Below are positions 50,573 to 60,455 of a stretch of 64,000 bases of DNA, piece by piece. A program made the position numbers and the translations under genes. The notes under the pieces were generated by a model that saw nothing but the letters and a program-made list of their open reading frames with translations, had not been told where the DNA came from and searched no databases. The stretch spans positions 2,176,001 to 2,240,000 of the forward strand of contig OZ252239.1 in assembly GCA_965249485.1 (NCBI GenBank). Reading direction: 5' to 3'. Numbering within the stretch: position 1 is the stretch's first letter; each line of letters begins with the position of its first letter. Source of the DNA: a bacterium (GTDB taxonomy: Bacteria; SM23-31).

Positions 50573-50760
50573 ATGAGTGAAATACTCCAGAATAGAGTCA
50601 ATGCTATCAAAGATAGACTTGAAAAATTCAAACTGATATTGATCGGCTTCTAAAAGAAGATAGCGCCGGTTTGTTGTCTCCGATCGAAAAAATGAAAATT
50701 CCCGCTCATTTGCAAGAACAAAAGGAACTAAAAGCGAAATTACGTGAACTACTCACGTAA
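50573..50760 (+). pseudogene. Small coiled-coil protein (~62 aa) with an apparent one-base deletion in an A run (not in the ORF track)
   Basis: Promoter, RBS and ATG present. Adding one A to GAAAAATTC gives MSEILQNRVNAIKDRLEKIQTDIDRLLKEDSAGLLSPIEKMKIPAHLQEQKELKAKLRELLT*. Confidence 0.55.
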
Positions 50761-50874
50761 TACTCGATTACTGATACTACATCCTCATAGCAATGCTGAT
50801 AATTGTCCTACCAGAACATGAACAAAAGTAATTATCATTAAATAGATTTGTGTTAAATAAGAAATTTATTCTAT

Positions 50875-50897
50875 AAGCATGGTAACATGCTTTTTTT
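50875..50897 (+). terminator. Probable intrinsic terminator
   Basis: AAGCATG-GTAA-CATGCTT followed by a T run. Confidence 0.55.
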
Positions 50898-50977
50898 ATT
50901 TGTGGCATTTTGAAAATTGCACTCACAGGTAAGAGCAGATAGTTGCCTAAATTTGAGGAAAGCAGCCTGAAATCAGC

Positions 50978-51006
50978 TTGATTTTTTGAAATAATTGTGA
51001 TATTTT
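50978..51006 (+). promoter_or_regulatory. Probable sigma70 promoter of the tRNA pair
   Basis: TTGATT-N17-TATTTT, 24 nt upstream of tRNA-Gln. Confidence 0.5.
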
Positions 51007-51029
51007 AGGAACGTTCTTATTCTGTTTTA

Positions 51030-51100
51030 TGGGGAGTCGTCCAATGGCAGGACACACGGCTCTGGACCGTGGAATCGGGGTTCGAATCCCTGCTCCCCAG
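51030..51100 (+). tRNA. tRNA-Gln (anticodon CTG); CCA not encoded
   Basis: Acceptor TGGGGAG/CTCCCCA, anticodon arm CACGG-CTCTGGA-CCGTG and T-loop GTTCGAATC. Confidence 0.95.
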
Positions 51101-51120
51101 CAAGGTTGAGTATCAATCAT

Positions 51121-51192
51121 GGCGCATTCGTCTAGGGGTTAGGACGCCGGCCTCTCACGTCGGTAACACGGGTTCGATTCCCGTATGCGCTA
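51121..51192 (+). tRNA. tRNA-Glu (anticodon CTC); CCA not encoded
   Basis: Acceptor GGCGCAT/ATGCGCT, anticodon arm CCGGC-CTCTCAC-GTCGG and T-loop GTTCGATTC. Confidence 0.95.
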
Positions 51193-51204
51193 CTATAATA
51201 ATAA

Positions 51205-51232
51205 AAGGACTTAGAATTATTTCTAAGTCCTT
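51205..51232 (+). terminator. Hairpin/terminator after the tRNA pair
   Basis: AAGGACTTAGAA-TTAT-TTCTAAGTCCTT, a perfect 12-bp stem. Confidence 0.7.
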
Positions 51233-51795
51233 CTGCTACATATGTAATTAATATTCTTCACACGTTATAAGCTTGAGATAGTCATAACTTATTCTGCAAT
51301 TTATTTTTGTCTGTCTCACCATACTTTACATTTGTTCAGAACATTTTAGACAGATTTAAATCCAACATACCACAAACCAGGCTCAACCTCATTTTTTAAT
51401 TACAGCTAACCATTTATTAATAAATCACTTAACGCAACACTGTTAATGTATCAATTTAATGTACTTTTCATTAAACACACGTAATCCACGGGATAGACAC
51501 AGGTGTCAATGGGCGTATGGATAACCTTGTATGGGCAGACGTTTTCGTTAATGCAGCATTATTTTAATCACAAAACAGCCAAAATCAACGAAAATATCGA
51601 TTTTTAAGGCGTAATTTAAGAAAATCGGGAATAATCATACCCTAAGCACTCTTACATTTTAACTTTGAGAAATTCTAAGCGTATCGCTTATGAATGTTTA
51701 GTGATGTGTAAAAATTGATTACCTGGTGGTGAAGTCGATTGTACTTGTAAATGTTATATGGTTAATGTAATATTTATCGTTAATAATCAAGAGAG

Positions 51796-53229
51796 GTGAA
51801 AGTAGTGAAATCTCGAGTATTAGTATTTTTAATTTCAGTTATGTTCACTGCACCTTGTGCCAATGCGCAGCCAGGCATTCATACGGCAAAGACCGGTTCA
51901 GAGGTTCTTGATCTTATAAGAAAAGAAAAAATTGATCTTATTCTGCCGGGAGCCATGCGTGACAACAATGTAGATATGTGGATCCACGTCACCCGCCAGG
52001 GAGATCAGGATCCAATGTTTCCGGAATTTGGATCAACCTCCGGATATATGATTTTTACCGACCTGGGAGACAGGATTGAGCGGGCATCGTTTAGCAGTGG
52101 ATTTGGTGGTGTTGGCGCATTAAATTTTGATATCTATGCCTCTAAAGAACTTTCGCGTGCAATTACCGGTTATGATTATAACTCACAGGATTTTTCAGTC
52201 TATAATGAAATAACAGAATTAGTTGCCGAGCGTGATCCGAATACGATCGCAGTAAATTTTTCCGACTGGCTCGCCATAGCTGATGGAATATCGTATACTC
52301 AATATCTAAAACTAGAGAAGATCTTAGGACCTAAATATTCGAAGAGAATAGTGTCTGCAGAAAATGTAATCACAGATTTCAGATCAAGAAGGATTCTCAG
52401 GGAAGTGACACTCATGACGAATGCGCTTGAGATACATCGTCAAATTCTTGAACGTGCTTTTTCGAACGAAGTAATTACGCCGGGTGTAACGACGCGTCAG
52501 GATGTAGGTTGGTGGGTTAAGGAGGAATTTTTCAAACGGGGTTTAACAAGAGGTTTCGGCACCGAGATAAATATCCCTGGAGTTCTCTATTCGGCTGTCT
52601 CTGATCTATCCGAAACAGGCTCTCCCGACTACGTAATTCAGCGTGGAGATTTTCTACAGTTTGATAATATGGTCCGATATCTTGACTACTTTTGGACAGA
52701 TTTTAAACGTAATGCCTATATTATGAGAGAAGGGGAAGCAAATATCCCTAAGGGTATACAGCATGCTTTTAACCGAGCTTTGGAAGCTCGAAAGATTATT
52801 CGGGAACATATTAAAGTAGACAAAACCGCCGGGGAAACATTGCGAGATGTCGTTTCAGCCCTGGAAGAATCAGACTATATATATTCACCCTCTAATGATA
52901 TAGGTTCTGAAGATTATAAGATAATACAGAAAGTGCTCGCTAATACAGATAAGTCCGGATTCTCAATTGACCTGCACAGCCAGGGTAATAGAAGCGATTG
53001 GGGTAGTTTGGAACCTGTTGGACCTTCGGTTTCTCCATTCCGGTCAGATCGTGATCATTTGACAATTCAAGAAAATCATATATTTGCTCTTGAATTTAAT
53101 ATTTATACAAATATTCCGGAAAGACCCGGTTTTCCATTGTTCACTAATTTAGAAGGTATTCACATTGTATCCAGCAGGGGAGTTGAATTCCTTCATCCAC
53201 CAAATGAAAAAATATTACTGATTCATTGA
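51796..53229 (+). CDS. Exported M24-family (Xaa-Pro aminopeptidase-like) metallopeptidase, paralogue 1
   Basis: Signal peptide (ANAQ), LP.AMR...VDMWI, AFSNEVITPGVTT..DV.WW; candidate metal ligands D..D (QFD...TDFKR), H (DLHSQG), E (ALEF) and E (NLEG). Confidence 0.75.
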   Translation: MKVVKSRVLVFLISVMFTAPCANAQPGIHTAKTGSEVLDLIRKEKIDLILPGAMRDNNVDMWIHVTRQGDQDPMFPEFGSTSGYMIFTDLGDRIERASFSSGFGGVGALNFDIYASKELSRAITGYDYNSQDFSVYNEITELVAERDPNTIAVNFSDWLAIADGISYTQYLKLEKILGPKYSKRIVSAENVITDFRSRRILREVTLMTNALEIHRQILERAFSNEVITPGVTTRQDVGWWVKEEFFKRGLTRGFGTEINIPGVLYSAVSDLSETGSPDYVIQRGDFLQFDNMVRYLDYFWTDFKRNAYIMREGEANIPKGIQHAFNRALEARKIIREHIKVDKTAGETLRDVVSALEESDYIYSPSNDIGSEDYKIIQKVLANTDKSGFSIDLHSQGNRSDWGSLEPVGPSVSPFRSDRDHLTIQENHIFALEFNIYTNIPERPGFPLFTNLEGIHIVSSRGVEFLHPPNEKILLIH

Positions 53230-53242
53230 GTATAAAGGTTAG

Positions 53243-53418
53243 CAAATCGTACAGCCCGTGTATTAGAATATACTTGTAAAAGTAAATTGGATACCTTACC
53301 ATTATATATCATAATTACCAATACATTCTGACGAAATATATCACATCTGAAAAAGCGTCAAATTTCACCACATACCCAATTTATTTTCTATTAGAGAATT
53401 GATATAGGGAATATCAGA
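53243..53418 (+). repeat. Most complete copy of a dispersed intergenic module (5' part X + 3' part Y) shared across the hydrolase array
   Basis: Part X aligns with 55046-55092, 56548-56568 and 59029-59075; part Y aligns with 60307-60420 and 62100-62166. Confidence 0.7.
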
Positions 53419-53465
53419 AAAATATGGCTCATTGGAATATAACCCAAAAAATGAAGCAAAAAACA

Positions 53466-54942
53466 ATGAAAGCTGAGAAAATGTTCGGGATTTTCTCCTT
53501 CGCCTTGTTACTCATAACGGATCAGCAGTTCTTTTGCTCAAGCACCTAAAGCGGGTTCAGGCAGAGATGCGGCGAATTTTATACCAATGCGGGAACGTGT
53601 CCAGATAATGCAGAAATTTTGGGAATGGAAAAGAGAGAACGTGCTTCCGACGGTCATGCGGGAACGAGGAGTAGACATGTGGATCATCCGAAATGATGAA
53701 GAGCCGCTTTACCGTTCGACCTCGTATAGAGAGCATCCGGTATTTCTCTCGTTGCTTCCGGCAAATCACGAAGGGATGGTTTACCCGAGTCAACACAGTA
53801 GTTCCCGTTCCGGAATACCCGGATTTCTGCTTTTTTACGATACTGGAAACGAGATCGAATATGTTGAGCCTAAAGATTTTGCTCATATTACAGAATTAGT
53901 AAGGAAACGGAATCCCAAAAAGATTGCGGTCAGTATGAAAAACCTTGCAATTCGGAGAGTAAATATCAGTGAAACGTCACAATATAGTATTGTTACGACT
54001 GATGAAATGACGAAAGCGTTAGGAAATAAGTACGCTTCACGGAGTGTTGATTCGTGGGAACTTGGTATTCGGTGGCTCTCGACGTTAGCCCCGGAACAGA
54101 TAAGTATATACCGCTACGTTCAGAGAGTACATAATGATATTCTTGCCGAAGCATTTTCCAATAAGGTTGTCACACCCGATGTTACAACAACAGACGATAT
54201 CAACTGGTGGCTGCGGCATAAATATTCAGATCTTCATTTAGACATAGATAACCATCCATCCATTAGTGTTACGAGAAGACCATCAAAAATTGCTGAATAT
54301 GGTTATGACCCCGATAATTTTAGAAATGGCAAGACCGGAAACGGTGTGAATGTGATTGTCAGGCGGGGAGATATCATCAATTGTGATTCGGATATAATGC
54401 TTCTCGGTGTAGAAACCGATTCTAAGCAGCACGCGTATGTGCTCCAGAAAGGCGAAGAAGATGTTCCGGAGGATCTAAAAAGGGCTCTGCCGATCGTCAA
54501 CGATATTCAGGATGAAGTCAGAAAAGAATTTAAAATGGGTCGCACCGCACAGGAGATACGCGAAGCATCGGAGATAATTCCGCGTAATCCCCGCATAATC
54601 GACATATCAAGAGATGATAATATTGTAGAAGTCGACATGGAGGATTATGGATTTCATCCTCCTCCGATGTTTATCAGAAGATTTACTGAGAATGGATTAC
54701 TGTTTTCTCGTGGAACATACGTAACGGGAATAGGCATCGGGTACAAAGAGCATCCCCTTCTTTCTCCTGCTCTCAAACTTCATTATAATACGATCTATGC
54801 ATTTGAACCGGATACACGTGTTAAAGTTGATGGATGGGACGAACACGGTGTAGAAGTTGGGATCAACCAACTTGCGATATTTACAGAAAATGGTTTAGAA
54901 TATCTTGATAGAGCAATGCTCGAGTGGCACGTCGTTAAATAA
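53466..54942 (+). CDS. Exported M24-family peptidase-like protein, paralogue 2; +1 frameshift in the signal peptide at about 53520
   Basis: LPTVMRERGVDMWI, EAFSNKVVTPDVTT.DD..WW and GDIINCD...TD...HAYVL..GE. Removing one G at ACGG|ATC gives MKAEKMFGIFSFALLLIT-ISSSFAQ... Confidence 0.72.
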
Positions 54943-55155
54943 GTATGTATCACCAAATCTGACTACGCTCGATAAATTTACCAAATAACGGAGCCGTACA
55001 TATTTTGTTCCTTTTAACAATAAATATACGATAGAAACCGGTTCTCAAATCGTATAGAACGGGGAGCAGAATTCACGTGTAAACGCCACATGAATACTTT
55101 ACTAATTATAACTTAAGTGTCCAAATTGTTGTAACTATAAAAAGAGGTATTTAGC

Positions 55156-56526
55156 ATGATGAAATTACTTACAAAGTCTATTGTTTTTTGTTTTGTCGTG
55201 ATAATCACGTTTTGTGGGCTTGTGCTTGGTCAGGAAAGGGCACAGGATCGAAGAACATGGATCGACGAAAATACCACCACCACTGACGATCCCCGGCGTA
55301 TACCTGTCCCTCCGGGTCAGAAGGGCCCCGAAGGTACATTGGTATTAACTGGCGGTCGGATATTTGATGGGACCGGTGCGGCGGTTCGCAATGGGTCCAT
55401 TGTCATTGAACGGAACAAAATCAAAGAGATCCTTCCGCACGGTTCAACAAACTGGCCACGGAATGCTCAGGTGATTGATGTTAATGGAAAAACTATAATG
55501 CCGGGTATGATGGATCTCCATGCACATATGACCGAAGCTGAAATTGATGGGCCTACCGTTATCTCGAATGAGGCAATAAATACGCTCAATGCCGTGGAAC
55601 GTATGCGTTTTTATATTCAAGGCGGAACAACAAGTATTCGTGATCTTGCATCACATGGTGATATACCTTTCCGAATCAAAGAATTTGTTGCAGAAAATCG
55701 GATACCAGGTCCCAGGGTTTTTCCTGCCGGTCAGGTTATTACATCGACTGGCGGTCATGGTACAGAAGGTAAGCATATGAATCAACCGCTGGTCACTGCG
55801 GAAATCTCAGTGGATGGACCGGATGAGTGGCGAAAAGCGATTCGTGAACAGTTCAATAAAGGAGCAGATGTTATTAAAGTTGCAAGCCATTTTAGCCGGG
55901 AAGAGATTGCAGCAGCAGTTGATGAGGCACATGCCCTCGGTCTCAAAATCACGGCAGATGCAGAAACGTTCTATATTCAGTGGGCAGTCGAAGCAGGTGT
56001 AGATGTGATCGAGCATCCACTACCCCGAACAGATGAGACTATAAGATTAATGGCGGAAAAAGGAACACAGTCGGATCCCACAATCTTTCCATATATGAAA
56101 ATATTTGAATTATATGGAGGATATTACGGTTCGACCTCGCGCAGGTTCACTTTTACGAGGGAATCTGCTATGGAGACGTTTCGAAAATTGAAACGTGCCG
56201 GGATAAAAATGGGTGTTGGTCTTGATGTATCAGTCGATGCCATGTGGCCTGAACCTTATATACAAGAGTTGAAATATTTTGTTCAGGGAGGATACACCAT
56301 TTCGGAAGCTTTAGTTGCCGCTACAAGGGATAGCGCTGAGATTCTTGATATGGATGATAAGATAGGAACGATAGAGCCTGGTAAACTTGCTGATGTGGTA
56401 GTGATCGATGGCAGGCCGGATGTCGACCTTGATGACCTTGCAAATACAGACCTGGTTATCCGAGATGGATACATAGTTGTCAAAGATGGACGGATATTTA
56501 TTCCGCGTCACGGTCAAGAACAATAA
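55156..56526 (+). CDS. Exported metal-dependent amidohydrolase (Xaa-Pro dipeptidase/imidazolonepropionase-like)
   Basis: MPGMMDLHAH, GGHG, GADVIK, IEH and G.IEPGKLAD.VV; signal peptide. Confidence 0.85.
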   Translation: MMKLLTKSIVFCFVVIITFCGLVLGQERAQDRRTWIDENTTTTDDPRRIPVPPGQKGPEGTLVLTGGRIFDGTGAAVRNGSIVIERNKIKEILPHGSTNWPRNAQVIDVNGKTIMPGMMDLHAHMTEAEIDGPTVISNEAINTLNAVERMRFYIQGGTTSIRDLASHGDIPFRIKEFVAENRIPGPRVFPAGQVITSTGGHGTEGKHMNQPLVTAEISVDGPDEWRKAIREQFNKGADVIKVASHFSREEIAAAVDEAHALGLKITADAETFYIQWAVEAGVDVIEHPLPRTDETIRLMAEKGTQSDPTIFPYMKIFELYGGYYGSTSRRFTFTRESAMETFRKLKRAGIKMGVGLDVSVDAMWPEPYIQELKYFVQGGYTISEALVAATRDSAEILDMDDKIGTIEPGKLADVVVIDGRPDVDLDDLANTDLVIRDGYIVVKDGRIFIPRHGQEQ

Positions 56527-56630
56527 TGCTGTATACATTCACATACTGTACAGCCCGGGGAGTATAATTTTTTATTGAATCTATATACATTTCGTAAAAT
56601 CATCAACAAGAATCACAAGAGGAGCAAGAA

Positions 56631-58055
56631 ATGATATTTCGAATCATAGTTATCATACTATCTGTGATTTTCACAACACCTATTGCCAAAGCACAACCGG
56701 GTGTACATACTGCAAAAACCGGTTCTGAAGTTCTCCGACTGATTCGGAATGAAAAACTTGACCTTATTCTTCCCGGAGCCATGCGCGACAATAATGTTGA
56801 CATGTGGATCCATGTCACTCGTCAGGGAGCACCTGATACAATGGCACCGGAATTCGGAATAACCTTCGGCTATCTGGTTTTTACCGATCTTGGGGACAGG
56901 ATCGAACGGGCTATTTTTGGTAATGCAGGAGCTGTTGAAAATATTGATGTTCGTGGATCTAACGAATTTTCACGAGCTATTTCCAGTTATCATTATGGAT
57001 ATCGTATGTTAGAAGGGTATGGTGATGAAGTTTACGACGAATTTACAGAATTCGTTGCCGAACGTGATCCAAAAACGATCGCTGTTAATACATCCGATTG
57101 GCTCGCGATAGCAGATGGGATTTCATATTCTGCTTATCAAAAATTAGAAAAAATATTAGGTCCCAAATATTCTGCAAGAATTGTCTCTGCGGAGAATGTC
57201 ATTACAGATTTCCGGTCGAGAAGAATTCTCAGGGAAGTGACACTCATGACGAATGCCTTGGAATTACATCGACAAATTCAGGAAAGGGCACTATCTAATG
57301 AAGTAATTGTACCGGGTGTAACAACCCGGGAAGATGTAGGATGGTGGGTGCGGGAGCAGTTTTTTAAGCGAATGCATGTCGAGGCCAGAGAAAATAGAAC
57401 GGATTTTCCCGGAGTACTTTATTCTGCTGTTTCGGATGAATCCGAGACACGTTCTCGCCAATACGTATTACAACGCGGTGATTTTCTGTCCTTTGATGTC
57501 GGATTACGATATTTGGACTATCTCGAGACAGATTATAAACGTAATGCATATATTATGAGGGAGGGAGAGACAAGTGTCCCTGCAGGTCTACAACATGCCT
57601 ATGATCGTGCGATTGCTGCACGTTCTATCATTAGACAGCAAATAAAAGTTGGTAAAACCGCCGAACGAACATTAAGCGATGTCGTCAAAGCACTGGAAGA
57701 AGCACATTACATATATACACCTTTTAGCAATAGAGGGCAAAAAAATTATGAACAAGTACAGAGAGCATTAGCAAATACTGATCAATCAAGTTTTTCCATT
57801 GACCTTCACAGTCAGGGTCAAAATAACGGCACCGCGGTGACAGTTGGACCCTCTGCTACCCCATTCCGGTTAGACCGTGCTCATTTAAGGATTGCGGAAA
57901 ATCATATTTTTTCTCTCGAATTTATGGTAAATACGAACCTTCCTGAAAAACCAGGTTATCCGCTTATTATTAATATAGAAGGTAATCACATTGTATCCAG
58001 TCGCGGAGTCGAATTTCTTCATCCACCAAATGAAAAAATTCTATTGATCCATTGA
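56631..58055 (+). CDS. Exported M24-family metallopeptidase, paralogue 3 (close relative of 51796-53229)
   Basis: Shares long identical peptides with paralogue 1 (ILPGAMRDNNVDMWIHVTRQG; SAENVITDFRSRRILREVTLMTNALE; HIVSSRGVEFLHPPNEKILLIH). Confidence 0.75.
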   Translation: MIFRIIVIILSVIFTTPIAKAQPGVHTAKTGSEVLRLIRNEKLDLILPGAMRDNNVDMWIHVTRQGAPDTMAPEFGITFGYLVFTDLGDRIERAIFGNAGAVENIDVRGSNEFSRAISSYHYGYRMLEGYGDEVYDEFTEFVAERDPKTIAVNTSDWLAIADGISYSAYQKLEKILGPKYSARIVSAENVITDFRSRRILREVTLMTNALELHRQIQERALSNEVIVPGVTTREDVGWWVREQFFKRMHVEARENRTDFPGVLYSAVSDESETRSRQYVLQRGDFLSFDVGLRYLDYLETDYKRNAYIMREGETSVPAGLQHAYDRAIAARSIIRQQIKVGKTAERTLSDVVKALEEAHYIYTPFSNRGQKNYEQVQRALANTDQSSFSIDLHSQGQNNGTAVTVGPSATPFRLDRAHLRIAENHIFSLEFMVNTNLPEKPGYPLIINIEGNHIVSSRGVEFLHPPNEKILLIH

Positions 58056-58088
58056 GCTTAGAGTAAACGAAATGAAGGAGGCTCTATT

Positions 58089-58976
58089 ATGTCTACTCGA
58101 CAAGTTTTATGCACGATTCTTTTTTTGCCCTTATTTCTGAGTTTTTGTAGTTCAGAAACTGCTGAATCAGTATCGACTGATACAGCAAAGACCCATTATG
58201 GGGGATGTATCATGCTTGCACGAGCAACCGCAGCACCAGCTAATCTGTATTTAAATACTGTCATCGTCCCTACAGACGAATACCCGCCATTCACAAAAAA
58301 AGTCACGGTTTATGGCTATACCCTGGTTGGCCGGGATGACATTACAGATGACTTTATGCTGAGAGTCGCTCAGACAATCACTGAGATTTTTCCGCAGGGC
58401 GGCTCTATCGACAGTGCACTTCAGGAGGAATTTATCAGGAATATGTATGAGTACAATGCATTGATTCCTCTCTATAAAGGAAGTGATCGTATCACTTCTC
58501 CCGAAGGTCAGGCGGCGTGGAATGTTACAAGAAGTCAGAACAGTGTATGCGACGTAATAATGGAACGTGAAGGACGACAGGTGATGGAAGTAATAGAACA
58601 CATCTTACACTATGCAAATGATGTAGGACTTCACTACACATTTCCCGATGAGTGGTCTGTTACAGTCGATTCACAGCTTTATCAGTTCATGCTGGAGGCT
58701 GTTGAAAAAGGGTATTATAACATAAGTTCTTATGACCGGATCGAAGACGAAGAACGCCGGATAAGGGTCTCACTGCAGGAATTCGGTTATTGGGTCATTT
58801 CCACCGTATGGGACCTCCAGGAAACTTTTGGGCCGGGAGGTGACGAGTGGACGATCAAGAATAGTGCTGATTTACAGGCTAAAATGCCTCTACTGTATGA
58901 AATGTATGAACAGTCCGCTTCGAAAATCATGGTATCGCCCGGTAGCTCACTGCTTAGTGAGTTATTCGGTATTTGA
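58089..58976 (+). CDS. Hypothetical lipoprotein, possible zincin-like metalloprotein
   Basis: Lipobox-like FLSFC; EVIEHILH and downstream QEFGYW resemble a variant zinc-binding motif. Confidence 0.5.
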   Translation: MSTRQVLCTILFLPLFLSFCSSETAESVSTDTAKTHYGGCIMLARATAAPANLYLNTVIVPTDEYPPFTKKVTVYGYTLVGRDDITDDFMLRVAQTITEIFPQGGSIDSALQEEFIRNMYEYNALIPLYKGSDRITSPEGQAAWNVTRSQNSVCDVIMEREGRQVMEVIEHILHYANDVGLHYTFPDEWSVTVDSQLYQFMLEAVEKGYYNISSYDRIEDEERRIRVSLQEFGYWVISTVWDLQETFGPGGDEWTIKNSADLQAKMPLLYEMYEQSASKIMVSPGSSLLSELFGI

Positions 58977-59178
58977 CGGGGTAATATTTGTTATTTATGA
59001 TTATATATATACGATAGAATCAAGCTCGCAAATCATACATACCATGGAGCAGAAAATACTTGGAATTGCTCAATGTAAATCTTAACTTTTAACCCAATCA
59101 CTGCAACATGTTCTAACAACGTACAATAAAAAATAACATTTCTATAAAATCCATTCTTAATTCCTCGGAGGTTTATCT

Positions 59179-60228
59179 ATGGAGTATAGATCGCTTGGTC
59201 GCACTGGTCTGGAAGTCTCTTGTATAGCTTTTGGGACGGATAATTTCCTCGACCCGACACCAGAAAAAGAATCGACTCAAATGCTCAACACGGCATTGGA
59301 TGCGGGTATCAATTTTATGGACACTGGGGACTGCTATGCAGACGGTGAAGCGGAGAAAATGATAGGGCGTGCGCTGAAGGATAATGGTCGCCGTCAAGAT
59401 GTGATTTTGTCAACAAAGGTTGAAAGCGGCACACAAACTCTTTTGAGCATTCCGGGACAGTCTCTTGACGACCATGTGCCGGAAGTGGCTCATAATAGAC
59501 ATGGTCTCTCGAGCTACAATATCATCCGGGCCTGTGAAAATTCGTTAAAAAGTTTTCAGACCGATTATATAGATCTGTTATTCCTTCACCGTATGGAACC
59601 GCATATACCAATTGACGAGACTTTGAGCGCTCTGGATTCTCTTATCCGTTCGGGCAAGATTCGCTATATCGGCTGCTCAACATTCCCTGCATGGGCGATT
59701 ATGGATTCTATTATGATAAGCAAGGAATTCGGTTACAAAAGGTTTGTTGCTGAACAACCGCCTTATAATCTCCTTGATCGACGAATCGAGAACGAGTTGA
59801 TACCGTTGGCATTGCGGCATGGTATCGGTATTGTCACGTACGTGCCTATGGGAATGGGAGTTCTTGCGGGCAGATATCTTGATGCAACAAACCTTCCCAA
59901 GGACTCACGAGCCGTATACAGGGGCGGATTCTATAAGGACCGTGTCACCGAAGCAGGCATTAAAGTGGGGATCGAGTTCGCGAAAATTGCCGATCGAATT
60001 GGCATCACCCCGGCACAATTAGCGGTTCTCTGGGTAAAAGATCAGCCCGGTATTACTGCGCCGCTCATGGGGCCGCGTACAATGAAACATCTCGAGGATA
60101 TCCTGCCGGTTGCCGATATGTATCTCGACGACGAAACACGAAAAGCATGTGATGATTTGGTGCCGCCCGGCAGCGTCGTGTCTGACTTTCACAATACATC
60201 AGGCTGGATGAAAATGAAAGTGCTGTAA
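59179..60228 (+). CDS. Aldo/keto reductase
   Basis: MEYRSLGRTGLEVS, DTGDCY, STK, DYIDL..LHR, GKIRYIGCS and QPPYNLL.R. Confidence 0.93.
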   Translation: MEYRSLGRTGLEVSCIAFGTDNFLDPTPEKESTQMLNTALDAGINFMDTGDCYADGEAEKMIGRALKDNGRRQDVILSTKVESGTQTLLSIPGQSLDDHVPEVAHNRHGLSSYNIIRACENSLKSFQTDYIDLLFLHRMEPHIPIDETLSALDSLIRSGKIRYIGCSTFPAWAIMDSIMISKEFGYKRFVAEQPPYNLLDRRIENELIPLALRHGIGIVTYVPMGMGVLAGRYLDATNLPKDSRAVYRGGFYKDRVTEAGIKVGIEFAKIADRIGITPAQLAVLWVKDQPGITAPLMGPRTMKHLEDILPVADMYLDDETRKACDDLVPPGSVVSDFHNTSGWMKMKVL

Positions 60229-60455
60229 TTTTTAAGCAACTGCACATCGACAGAACAATTCCGAAGAATTTTCATCATATGAATCGTAATCGAAGCTCAA
60301 CTCTATTTATATCATACATATCCAACACATCCTGACCACGTATACTACATAAAAAAGCGTCATATTTCAATCCAACCTCAATGTATACTCTTTGTGAAAG
60401 TTGATAGGGAGAAAATCAGTAACCTTAGATAAAATCTAAAATGGAGGTTTGAACT

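Noticed and set aside
51069..51251. 60-aa ORF in the ORF track
   Set aside because: It overlaps tRNA-Gln and tRNA-Glu, so it is spurious.
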